From contig OZ024743.1 of the NCBI GenBank assembly GCA_964016885.1, forward strand, positions 106,268,001-106,332,000: 64,000 nucleotides of DNA, in the 5' to 3' direction. The translations under genes were made by a program, and so were the position numbers. Under the pieces are notes generated by a model, which made no database searches, was not told the DNA's origin, and saw only the letters and a list, made by a program, of their open reading frames with translations. Each line of letters begins with the position of its first letter. Position 1 is the stretch's first letter. Below are positions 28,778 through 41,699 of this stretch, in pieces. This DNA is from Eledone cirrhosa. Taxonomy: Eukaryota.

Positions 28778-28919
28778 CAATACAAATCTGTTGATGTTGT
28801 AGACGCTCTTGTGTTCTTTATCATATATACGGCTCTGCTCCAAAGCATAGAGCTAATTATTATGCTGCCAATACCTTAAAGGGACACGGGTATACAATAC
28901 CTAACTCCTATTAACCTAA

Positions 28920-28951
<32 letters not shown>

Positions 28952-28956
<5 letters not shown>

Positions 28957-29816
28957 ATACATTAACAGAGAAAGATTTAAGCAATACTCCGACCGACATC
29001 CGTCTCACTCAACAAACATTAGGATATACCTTGGTATAATCCCAATTATACGTTTGGGGTGCTAACTATACGTATTTTGCGGATAGCCAGTTGTATTATT
29101 TTATATGAGACATAATTAAATACATCCCTCTTTCCAAACGATCGTTTCATTATAAGTGTTCTACAAGTTGGGAAAATAATGTCTAGGTTATGTAGAAGCC
29201 TACACATAGTCTATATGAATATATGAAGGTGGCCACTTATAAATCATCAGTGAATGCCCAACAATATCGATATAATAACAACCCTACCCATATTAACATT
29301 CAGCGATGGTACCAGTTAGTGTTAGTGTGACCGCCAAATTTGAAATTCCAGTAGTCTCACAAAGAGAAATCTCACATCGTCACCAAGCGCGAAGGGGAGG
29401 TCATCGCAAAACATAAAAGGATAAAATAATATGCACGCAGGTCAATTAATTCTGTCAATAATTTTAACCATGCGTGAAGAACTCAATTGGATATAAAAAA
29501 TAAATATATGCATGCATTATTTATAAATGCATATAGGTATTTTCTCAGACTAAACACAGAGACAAGATACCGGAAAAACAATCAATATTTCATACAAAGA
29601 ATAAATAAAGAATGTCATAACTAAAAATATCTGGAAATTTTCATCTCTGGCCAATTCAAGTGTATAATATTTAATACATTAACAGAGAAAGCTTTAAGCA
29701 ATACTCCGACCGACTTCCGTTTCACTCAACAAACATTATGATATACCTTAGTATAATCCCAATTATACGTTTGGGGTGCTAACTATACGTATTTTGCGGA
29801 TAGCCAGTTGTATTAT
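28952..29816 (-). mobile_element. Non-coding, terminally redundant HHR element (period about 717 bp), retrozyme-like
   Basis: Direct repeat 28952-29098 vs 29669-29816; internal HHR; TA-repeat flanks. Confidence 0.75.
29133..29254 (-). ncRNA. Type I hammerhead ribozyme with enlarged stem II
   Basis: TTCA-CTGATGA-T-TTATAAGTG-[75 nt]-CACTTATAA-T-GAAA-CGATCG-TT-TGGA; palindromic stem III ACGATCGT. Confidence 0.8.
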
Positions 29817-30402
29817 ACATATATATAAACGAATCTCGTTCAGGCAATAGCAACCATCTCTTACTAAGTGTTCATTACATCACTGTTATCTACACGAAAT
29901 AAATAAATGGAATAAAAATAAAAGAAAAACTCAAAATATGGTATAACTTAAAATGTTTTTTAACAATGAGACAGGCCATCAGAATTATTTTGATTGCCAT
30001 ATGAGACGTTTCCGAGAAATTGCATAAAAATACTATCAGCTTAGCACATGGCGTTTCACGAGTTATGATATATTTTGTGTCATTCTTTTCAGTTTGATCG
30101 ATGCTTGCTATCAGAAAGAAGACAAGAACAATACGGTTACTTGTGTAATATATTAATGATGCACTATTTAAAAAGCGAAAAAATGTATCTGGCTTTTGAA
30201 GAAATACTCAGATTGCTGTTGCTAAAAAAAGTAGTATGGTTTCTAGCCATTTGCGATCAATGTCTTTATAAGGTACAGAATTATATGCATATAGAGCAAA
30301 TATGTAACTTATCTCTCATTCTTTTTATAACAGCATCTCTCTCTCTTTCTTTCTTTCTCTCTCTATCTCTATCTATATACCTTTCTCCCTCTTCTACTGT
30401 CG

Positions 30403-30449
<47 letters not shown>

Positions 30450-30939
30450 CTACACACACAAATATATACGTATTTCTTTCTCTCTTTTTCTCACTCTCAC
30501 TATCGCTCTGTATGTACATATATTGAGGTATGTATGCATGTATGTATCTATATAAGTATACACCTTCAACATCTGATATATGCATTTGTATGTGCTTATG
30601 GCACTTGCTTAGGTTCCAGATCCATAACTATATATTCTATTTTTTCCACCTCCATAGAAATATTTTATCGGAGATATAATTGTATTTCGCTTTTATGACG
30701 CTACATTGAGTTTTTTTCCCCTAGAAACACAGATGTTTTTCCTATGTGTGAATTTTAGCTTATGTTGGTAACGATATGAGACCAAATAGAGCAAACATTA
30801 GCATTACATGTATTACTATTGCCTCCATTCCAAATGACATTTCTCCTCACACATCTATCCGTTAATGATGAACTAACGTCCGAAACCTTAAACACATTTT
30901 CCATTATATCAAGCGTTAAACGGTTAAGAGCTGTGATCA

Positions 30940-31800
30940 TCCTTTGTGAGACTGGCCAATCTGCATCTATTCTCTTTGACTAAGCTGTAATTCTGGGACA
31001 AGAATTCAAAGATCGGGCGACTAGAACCTGCAATGTTGTGAGGCGCTCACTGCCTTCCACTAGGCGGGCAAAGCAATCAGTGGAAATTCCACTTCAGTGT
31101 TCTATAGGAGACTACTTGACGCTCTTGGAAAGGCACTGTTCGTCAACGAAATCGAAATGACCAATCTGTTCCCGAGGACTTTCGAGTCGAGGACTATGAA
31201 TACATTTCAGAAAAGGAATCCTTCTCTTGCCAGTGCAATTAGAGGGCATTGCCGATTCGAGATAAATTCTACAGACACGGGAGAATGGTTAGACGGACCT
31301 GCCCGAAATGAGATGCACGCAAAATGATGAAACCGTTCTGCACGCACACCTTCAGTGACCGTGCATTACTGACTCGTGGAGTCATGCCGAACTGCTGTTG
31401 CTGCGTGTGGGACGGATCTGGGTATCGACTGAGAAGGTAATGGAGATCGACCCACCACCTTCTTTTCGCCGGGTAGGACTAGCAGATGTCCTTCGTTTAG
31501 TAGACGTTACAAAAGCGATTCTGTGGTGGACCAGGTTGAAAGGGCTGAAGACTCACACTTTTCCTCGCTGGAGAGGAAAGTTATGCCCCTAAGTACATTT
31601 TTTTAAACGTGCGTGAATGTGGCGAGAATGGCCCGTGTGAAAAGGCCTACATGTAGGCTGCTAGACTTGAAGAGGAGAGTGGTGCCCTCTCCAGGTGCTT
31701 TCAAACCGTCAGGTTATTCAGGATTGGTGGGATCCTAAGTCAGCCTGGCTGGTTCTCCTCCATATTTAGGAATTTGTATTGTTGCAAAATGTATTGCATG
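30940..31800 (+). mobile_element. L1/Tx1-type LINE ORF2 3' fragment (C-terminal zinc-knuckle region)
   Basis: RCTQNDETVLHAHLQ*PCITDSW..KAILWWTR, followed by a T-rich tail; degenerate. Confidence 0.6.
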
Positions 31801-31811
31801 TTGTTTTGTTT

Positions 31812-32155
31812 TATTTGCCTTTCACCCTTTAGAAGTCGATAAAATAAAGTACCATTCACGAGCTAGGGTCGATTTAACCGACTTTCCCCGTTCCCCAAAT
31901 TGCTGGCCTTTTGCTATAATAGGAACCATTATTATTATTTGTAGTAGTATCATTAGAGCGTCGGACAAAATGCTTTGTTCTATATAGTTACGGTCTTTTA
32001 CGTCCTGATGTGAAATCCCGCCGGGATTAGCTTTGACTTTCATCCTTACTGTATCGAGAAAGTAAAGCACTAGTAATTGCAGTGGATGCAATTTGATCGA
32101 CTTTCCCCTCCCTCACAAATTGGTGGCCTTGTGCCTATAGTAGAAACCATTATTA
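31812..32155 (+). mobile_element. Two tandem diverged SINE copies (longer subfamily)
   Basis: SINE core CTTTCATCCTT..TCGA..TAAAGTACCA and tail GGCCTTGTGCCTATAGTAGAAACC occur twice. Confidence 0.75.
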
Positions 32156-32466
32156 TTCATTTCTAATAATGCTAACAATAAAAACATTAATAAGTCAGTA
32201 CGTTAAGCTAAACTATATACAATAAACAAATAAACAAATAAATAACTAAAACTTGACGAATCATTATATTTACAAAGACGGCGTTATTAACTGAACATTT
32301 AGAATAGTTCAATGAAATGAAGTCAGAGATAAATATAAAAAAAAATATAAAACTCTATGCAGTGTCGTATACAAAAAAACTTACATATAACTATATATTT
32401 ATACGCACATATGTATACGCTATGTTCACCTATAGGTATAATATCGCCTCTCTCTCGCTCTCTCTC

Positions 32467-32508
<42 letters not shown>

Positions 32509-32516
<8 letters not shown>

Positions 32517-32641
32517 ATACTTTGGGTGGGTCATGTTGCCAATAAGGTCTTATTGGCAACATGACCCTCCCAAAGTATAACAATATCGGTTTCAACACAC
32601 GATTTCAGATAAAGAATCTTGCTAAACAAAATTCAGAAACG

Positions 32642-32644
<3 letters not shown>
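32509..32644. repeat. Short fold-back copy (about 37-bp arms) of the 35843-36470 element
   Basis: ATTGTTATACTTTGGG..AATAAG-GT-CTTATT..GTATAACAAT plus the same 3' tail; in (TA)n. Confidence 0.9.
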
Positions 32645-32719
<75 letters not shown>

Positions 32720-33089
32720 TTGTGTGTGTGTTAGTGTTGCACTTGTGTACGGATGTATACATGTATGTATTCATGCATGCAAATATTATATATGATGTTT
32801 TCATAATATTATATCTCTATCCAAGGTGAATAAATTAATTAGAGAAAAGGTACGGTATCCACATCAACTGGAAATGAATACACAATCACTGCCTACAACA
32901 ATTTCAAATGACCATAACAACAGCAACACCAATAGTTAAAATATTTTTAGAAATGTTTGCATCAAACATGAAAATACAATACATTCTAATACAAAATAAG
33001 AAACTAATAATCAAAATAACAAGCTATAGCACCAATATCATTGTTGCCACCATTACCCTTCTCCAATATGCAGTGACGTGAACAAGGGT

Positions 33090-34960
33090 GAATCAAAGTG
33101 TTCTTGTGGAAATAGAAGACAAACGCGATGTGTGTAACCCTTCACCACTTCAACGGTATCTTCCTATGTGCCATTTCAAGGCCACTCTGTTTCTTACCAC
33201 GTCCTTTGTCCATCTGGAATTCGAATGCAAACGAGACCCCGAGCAACTTCACCGACTTTACCAGGTTGCCTAACACCTCGAATTCGGTTATGTTCGCCAC
33301 CATCATAGTGATGATGCAGTCCTTCCACGTTCCGGTTCGAGTGGGATTCTCTGCAATCACCCCAGCTTCCGAAGCCAATGTTCGTGTGTCAGTACGTACA
33401 GAAGGGAGATGAGAAAACATCCTTGGCAGACTGAGTGTGTGATCTGGAAAAGTTCAGATTAAGGGCCATATAATTTGTTCCCGAATCAGTTGATACTGGG
33501 TCACTGTAATCAGTGACCCAGTATCTAAAGACGGAGCCGAGGCTGGTTGACATGAATATAGCATCCAGGTATAGATGGCTGACCGTATTGGAAGCTTTAA
33601 ATTGATACACATAAATTAGAGCCCCACCAAACCTAGTTTAACACCATCCTTTCTCTATGATGTATCGCATATGGTGGAGGTTTTCATCATTTACCTGCTC
33701 GGGTCTACACCTGTCTGCGAATCACTTGCTAGGTATTCCATGACAAGCGGAGTTTGTTGCTGTTGTTTATGTTGGTGGTAGTTCAGTAGCTGCTGTTGGT
33801 AAATTGATGGTGTTGGTCCTTTCGTATTTGCTGCTGCTGCTACTGGTTTTGTTGATGTTGTTTATGTCGGCGGTATTGCTACTTCCGCTGTTGTTTTTAG
33901 ATTTTTCTTTGAAATTGACATTGCTGCCGGGTTTGGTGCCATCATTGATGTTGCAATTTTTTGGCTACTGGTGTTGGCAGAAAGGGGTTTGGTTCCCTGG
34001 CTTGTGTGATGGTCGGAAATCACCCAAGTGACCACCTTGCCCAAACTGATGACAAACGAAACGTCTGCTCTCAACTAAATCATGCAAGAACACTTCTCTT
34101 GTAATGTTCGGTTCAACTCTAGGAGAGTGTTGCTTCCTTCGACGAAGATGCAGGGATATATCAACCAGATGTTAATTTCTAGTGGATTTCGGAAATGTTC
34201 ACCCTCACTGCTGTACTTCCATGATAGGGGGGATACAATATATGTTTCTCGTTCGGGATAGTAAACTACGGTGTGTTTCACGACCAGAGATTCACCCTTA
34301 AAAAGCACTAAAATGCTCGTAAATCCGCCTTGAAAAGGCGATATGTTATTCGCCGAGCATTATTTCTTTCGGTGATATATCCTTCTCTGCCTGATTTGTT
34401 TCCTCCGGCCGTTTCCTTTCTGTAGAAACACATGTGTACCTGACTATCTATTTCTGTGTTTCTGCCACTGCCTTGTGTAGGTGGTTACGCCGGCCCAATG
34501 TTTTTCCATTTTATCTGCGTTGTCCGTGCAAAAGTGTTCGGTACTTTTGGCAGCTGCTGTTGTTCTAATTTTTATACTGTTTTTGCTCATGTTGTTGTTG
34601 TTATGTAGGTATTGCTAGTGTTTTTGATGTCGTCTGTGTTTGTGTTAAATCTATTGATTTTTTTTCAGTTGTTGAAATGGGATTGGTTGTGGTGGTGTTG
34701 TTTGTGGTGTTTTGTTTGGCTATGCTCTCTGTCATTGTGGTGGGGGCAGCAGCGTTCACAGCTAGTGATATTGGAAAACGTTGAAATACTATTCCATTAT
34801 TCACCTTCTGCATAAAATATTAAGTTTTTGTTGCTGTTGTTGTTATTGTTCCTATTACTGCTGGTACTGGAGCTGTTTTGCTTGTTGCTCTTGCTGCTGT
34901 TGTCATGTTTGTCAGACTGTTTGTCTGTTTTACTCTCTGGATAGCCACCCATTCTGCTTA
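33090..34960 (-). pseudogene. Decayed intronless coding remnant: CUB-like domains alternating with Thr-rich linkers
   Basis: FCTY/TLASEAGVIAENP..WKDCIITMMVA resembles a CUB N-terminus; Thr-rich runs such as TTNNTTTTNPISTT; many stops and frameshifts. Confidence 0.45.
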
Positions 34961-35203
34961 GCTTACGCAACATTTTTGTCTGCCGCAATGAATTCAACAG
35001 TTTGTGGGTCATTTTTAATAAAGAAACACATGTTTATCTCCGAAGGGCTACATATAGAGCTAAGCTAACCAGCTCTCAGAAGTACTGGTTACTTTAACTA
35101 CAAAAGAGTAACAAAAGAGAGATTTATGAAGTTGTGACGAGACACGAAGCAAAATTAAAATTAATATAATCACTATTACAGAAAGTATCACAACACACAC
35201 ATA

Positions 35204-35733
<530 letters not shown>

Positions 35734-35738
35734 TGTAC

Positions 35739-35769
<31 letters not shown>

Positions 35770-35773
35770 TGCA

Positions 35774-35818
<45 letters not shown>

Positions 35819-36017
35819 GTACAAGCATATGTATATATATACATATTGTTATACTTTGGGAGGGTCATGTTGCCAATAAGAAACACACGTACCAGTTGCT
35901 TTCACTTCAATGTATTATATATTTATAAATTCATAAATTTACAAATCTACAAACTTATAAATTATAAATTTCTGGTTGGTTGGTTGGTTCCACAACCAGA
36001 TAGTTGTTTATATATAT

Positions 36018-36062
36018 AGTCATAGTCCTTTCGTCACACACTCTGTGACCTCTTCAGTGACT
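36018..36062 (-). ncRNA. Minimal type I hammerhead ribozyme
   Basis: AGTCA-CTGAAGA-G-GTCAC-AGAGTGT-GTGAC-GAAA-GGAC-TA-TGACT. Confidence 0.8.
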
Positions 36063-36193
36063 GGGGATTCCTTTCTTCGTTTCTGTGCCTTTTCTTTCTT
36101 CTATCCTACGCCATTTTGTTTCTGACACACACAGAAACAAAATGGCGTAGGATAGAAGAAAGAAAAGGCACAGAAACGAAGAAAGGAATCCCC

Positions 36194-36238
36194 AGTCACT
36201 GAGGCGGTCACAGAGTGTGTGACGAAAGGACTATGACT
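36194..36238 (+). ncRNA. Hammerhead copy with mutated core (CTGAGGC)
   Basis: Mirror copy of 36018-36062 with A9 changed to C. Confidence 0.65.
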
Positions 36239-36484
36239 ATATATATAAACAACTATCTGGTTGTGGAACCAACCAACCAACCAGAAATTTATAATTTATA
36301 AGTTTGTAGATTTGTAAATTTATGAATTTATAAATATATAATAAATTGAAGTGAAAACAAATGGTGCGTGTGTTTCTTATTGGCAACATGACCCTCCCAA
36401 AGTATAACAATATCGGTTTCAACACACGATTTCAGATAAAGAATCTTGCTAAACAAATTCAGAAACGAAATATATATATACATA

Positions 36485-36556
<72 letters not shown>

Positions 36557-36636
36557 TTTGTGTATACATATGCATATATATATTTACATATATATATGCG
36601 TGAATGTATATATCTATGTATATATATATATATATC

Positions 36637-36750
<114 letters not shown>

Positions 36751-37125
36751 TACATATTTACATGACAATGAAGTGAGTTTATTAGAATGTCCAAGTGCGC
36801 TTCTACAATATGAGAATGTAACAGCTGCAATACTGGTAGCAATTATATATTATTTATTTCTCTTTTATCGTTCCCCAATTTATTTTCAGCTCAAATTAAA
36901 CTTTTAGAAAAATTCTTAATATATATATATACATGTAAAAGAAAAATCAAACATGTCAAAAGTTTTACACATCCACGCAGACTCAATTGCAAAATACAAA
37001 CGCTTTCATAACTGGTGTATGTATGTATGTATGTATGTATTTGTTTATATATGTATGAATGTATGTAATTATGTATTTATTTATATATGCTTGTATGTAT
37101 ATTCTTAAATGTATATATATATATA

Positions 37126-37203
<78 letters not shown>

Positions 37204-37204
37204 C

Positions 37205-37272
<68 letters not shown>

Positions 37273-37295
37273 GTATATATGTATATATATATATG

Positions 37296-37361
<66 letters not shown>

Positions 37362-37805
37362 TTTCCAATAAAAAAAATGTATAAATATATTTACGTAAAA
37401 GATGAATGCATATACATGTGTATAGATATATATAGTGACGGTTATTTATAGAATTCAGCAGATAGGACATACCATTTAGGTCTCATGTTCAAATATAATT
37501 TCCTCCATGGTATTTAAAATACTACTCCATTTTCGTAATTACATGATTTTATATATATATATATATATATATAAACGGAAAAAGGTGAAACGAAATTTCA
37601 TTTCTCACTCTTAGTACGGCTGTTACTTATATTTAAGTAACAGCCGTACTAAGAGTGAGAAATGAAATTTCGTTTCATTTTTTCCCTTTAACGTTTTCGG
37701 TATTCCCATTAACTCATTCGATATGCAAATTAGGCTGCTCAGCCGTTAATATGCATAAGGAAATTATATAGTCTCAGACGTTCAATCATCTGTCAGGAAG
37801 GTATG

Positions 37806-37846
37806 CGTTGCTGACGATAGTTAATAAGCTTGAAACTAGTACAGCG
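37806..37846 (+). ncRNA. Minimal type I hammerhead ribozyme
   Basis: CGTTG-CTGACGA-T-AGTT-AATA-AGCT-T-GAAA-CTAG-TA-CAGCG; palindromic ACTAGT stem III. Confidence 0.85.
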
Positions 37847-38237
37847 TTCCTTTGTTAGTGTTGAACAAATGAGCAACGATGGTTGCTAGACACTGTACGG
37901 CTTAATTCGGGATGTTTTTTTACCAACACACCGAGCATTATAATAAATGTTCGGTGAATCCATACGTACATATATATATATGTGCATGTATGTATATATA
38001 TATATATATACTACTGTACGTCTGTATACATATATGTATCTACGTATACATACTTATATTTAAGTAACAGCCGTACTAAGAGTGAGAAATTAAATTTCCT
38101 TTCATTTTTTTCCGTTTATCGTTTTCGGTACCCCGGCCGATTAACTCACTCGATATGCAAATTAGGCTGCTCAGCCGTTAATATGCATAAGAAAACTATA
38201 TACTTTCAGACGTTCAATCATCTGGCAGGAAGGTATA

Positions 38238-38277
38238 CGTTGCTGACGATAGTTAATAAGTTGAAACTAATACAACG
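38238..38277 (+). ncRNA. Second tandem hammerhead copy, slightly decayed
   Basis: CGTTG-CTGACGA-TAGTTAATAAGTT-GAAA-CTAA-TA-CAACG. Confidence 0.75.
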
Positions 38278-38491
38278 TTCCTTTGTTAGTGTTGAACAAA
38301 TGAGCAACTATGGTTGCTAGACACTGTACGGCTTAATTCGGGATGTTTGTTTACAAACACACCGAGCATTATAATAAATGTTCGGTGCATCCATACGTAT
38401 ATATATATATGTGTGCATGTATGTATATATATATATGTATACATACTACTGTACGTATGTATACATATATGTATGTACGCATGCATACTTA

Positions 38492-38573
<82 letters not shown>

Positions 38574-39200
38574 TATATATATAAATATATATATATATTT
38601 ATACATACTTCGTTTTCTTATATTTGATTTTTGATTTACAAGACTCTTGATGTGATGTCGTGCATTGATACTTATATTTTCATGATTTGGTACGGTTATT
38701 TTACCAACAGTTTAGGTTCCCTTCAGTTTCTTAAGACTGATAGCTTAGTAACAGGCTGTTTTTTTAATTCATTGGTGTCATGATAACATTCATGTTCTCG
38801 CCTGTGTTGAAAGTAACAGCACATACATACACCTATACTCTCACAGAGACTAGAAGCACACGCATGCACATAACAGACACAGACATGAAAAGAAAAGATG
38901 AACTATAATTGAACAATGGATAAAGAAAGATTATGAAGGATTCCCATTGAGGAGACCACGGAATGTATGAGGAAAATGCCTGGATAAATAGGATGAATAT
39001 TAACAGTCAAATAATCATCCAGTTGATACACAAAAACGATGAATGATAAGTTTACTCGAGTAATAATAAATTGAATTGACACTAAACTGGTGCATATGAT
39101 TTTATTAGCAACATGTCCCACCCGAATTTCACTCATACAGACACAAACACAAGCACAGAGACACACACAGACACGCACAGGCATATATACACACATACAC

Positions 39201-39353
<153 letters not shown>

Positions 39354-39940
39354 TGTTTATATGCAATACACATAGTTAGCCTCGCTGCCGAAGAAACCTA
39401 TGTTTACTTAACGAAGCTAATTGAAAATGTTTATTCTATGTTTTTTACTGAAAACATCATAGTGTTGCAAGTATATTCTCAGAGTATCTGACAACGTTGT
39501 TTCTAGATTCCTAAATCTTTTACAGCGACAATCACTGAGAATATACTGGCATGGAATAAACTACAGTCTATATAGTATTTTTGCATGATGATCACCTGCT
39601 AGAGATGCTCATTTGTATATAACAAATAAAAAAACTTCGGTTGGAAGTGCTCATTTTCATATACAGTCGATCTTGCGCGGTTAAATATTAATCGGCTTGC
39701 ACTAAGATAGCGTTTAAGCACACCGGCGATATGTATTAAGACATACATAAACATATACACTACGTCTATATACGATAAATATATGGGTAGCCTCAGTGTT
39801 GCAGAATAATATTGTTCCCTATCGAAACGATAACGTAACGAAGCGAAAAACTTATAAATGCCATATATGTTTATATATGTATGTATATACAAATACATAC
39901 ATATATATATATATGTGTGTGAGGTTGTATATGTGAGTAC

Positions 39941-39977
<37 letters not shown>

Positions 39978-41103
39978 CACAACTTTGGATATCATTAGAG
40001 TGATAAATGATATGCCCAACGCGCTGATATGGTGCAACTCAATGATGGTAATAGAGTTGGGGATAACGGTTGCGATCAATATGATGACGGGGATGATAAT
40101 GATGATGGCGATCTGTTGATAACGTTGATAATCATAGCGATGATAATATTGATATTGTTTACTATATTAGGTGTGATTTTTTCCTTTTGAGAGTGCCACT
40201 GGATTTCATCACATATTTCATGGCAAAATGCTTCCCGTGAAATCATGCTAAGAAATATTCTCATATATGTATCTAAGGATGATACTTCCAGTGTTCTTTA
40301 TGTAGTATAACTAACAGACCTTCATTCACATGTGTGTGTTTTTAACACATTTTATTCTGTGATAGCTTTCACGGAAAACATTCAGTTCAATATCCTTCCT
40401 GATTTAAACAACTCCATCTGCAGTCTTGCAGCTCTTGGCTATTATTAGTTGCGCTAAATATTCGCTAGATCATTCTTTGCGAAAGCACAAGCTATAATCT
40501 TTATGTATCCGTCACTTTCGGTTAAATTAGGAACGACACTTAGTCAATCCGGCCAAAGTGGTGCGATCAATGGCCTTGTCACTGATTGTACCAATGATCC
40601 TGTTTCAATTGTGATCCAATGTATAAGTAGTGTGTATATTGAACCACAATCTTCTATATTCCATGTTTTATTTATTTATGATGAAACATTTAATGAGCTG
40701 AAATGATTATTCTTGATAGAAGATATTTTCTACTTAACTATTTAATTTTTTTTTTTCGTCGAATAGGAACTTGTGAGAAATTCAATACAAATATTCAACA
40801 ACAGCCATTAAATCTTTTAGAAAAATCCTATAGTATTGAATTAGCAGTAACCAGATGTTTATTTGAAATTTTAAAATTGAATCTGCACTGAAATCACGTT
40901 CATTATGTAAGCAAGTTAGGCAGCTGTATATATCAAACATCTATGATTATTTCTATACATACCAAAACAATGAAGCAAATGAATTCCTAGATACATTAAT
41001 ATATATAGAAATGATAATGTATGAATTTATTTTCAAACTTAGTGACACACAGTGACATATATATACACACACTTATACACACATTCAGATATATATGTAT
41101 GTT

Positions 41104-41169
<66 letters not shown>

Positions 41170-41699
41170 GTGTCTGTGTGTTGCTGATTAAGCGACGTTT
41201 CGGCAAACTTGTGTTGCAGTTGATTGAAACAAAGAAAATGCTTGCTCCTGAAACCAACCTGTAGGTGACTGAGATTTCCAAATAGAGGTGCAAACTTAAT
41301 GCAGCTCTCAGGAAGTTTTAGACTGACACAATATGTTATAAAATTGGCTCTTTGAAGTACATATGCAACACATATTTACCATCTGCCTGGAGTCAATCGA
41401 CGTGAAATAAAGAATCAACGCAAGGCTTGATTAGTGAATCGAACTCATGCCTCTACGAATTCATAGAGACATATTTCCTTTATCTTATAAATGTAATTAG
41501 AACGTATTTTTGAAATACACCATTTAAATATTAATTAGTAAATATCCCCACAAAAAATGATTAAATATTGCTCGTTGTCTTTAACGTCTCGTAAAAATTC
41601 GGGTAGGTTTAATGTCAAAATAACATTATGTTGCATAAATGATCATAAGTGACACACACATACTCAAACCTATACACACATACACACAGATATATATAT

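Larger units (their letters stand above)
27206..28826. mobile_element. 1.6-kb non-autonomous PLE derivative with about 285-bp terminal inverted repeats, each containing an HHR
   Basis: 27206-27487 is the reverse complement of 28530-28826; TA-rich flanks; possible GIY-YIG tail remnant (ILN*EYWILR) inside. Confidence 0.8.
35843..36470. mobile_element. Fold-back HHR element with about 282-bp inverted arms centred near 36128
   Basis: 35843-36124 is the reverse complement of 36132-36413; the right arm continues to 36470; (TA)n on both sides. Confidence 0.9.
37571..38496 (+). mobile_element. Tandem dimer of a non-coding HHR unit of about 430 bp with a 5' fold-back, retrozyme-like
   Basis: Units about 37625-38051 and 38052-38496; 37571-37629 inverted vs 37634-37690. 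Confidence 0.85.

Noticed and set aside
41185-41220. GACGTTTCGG motif (minus strand CCGAAACGTC) with a short hairpin
   Set aside because: No CUGANGA half is present.
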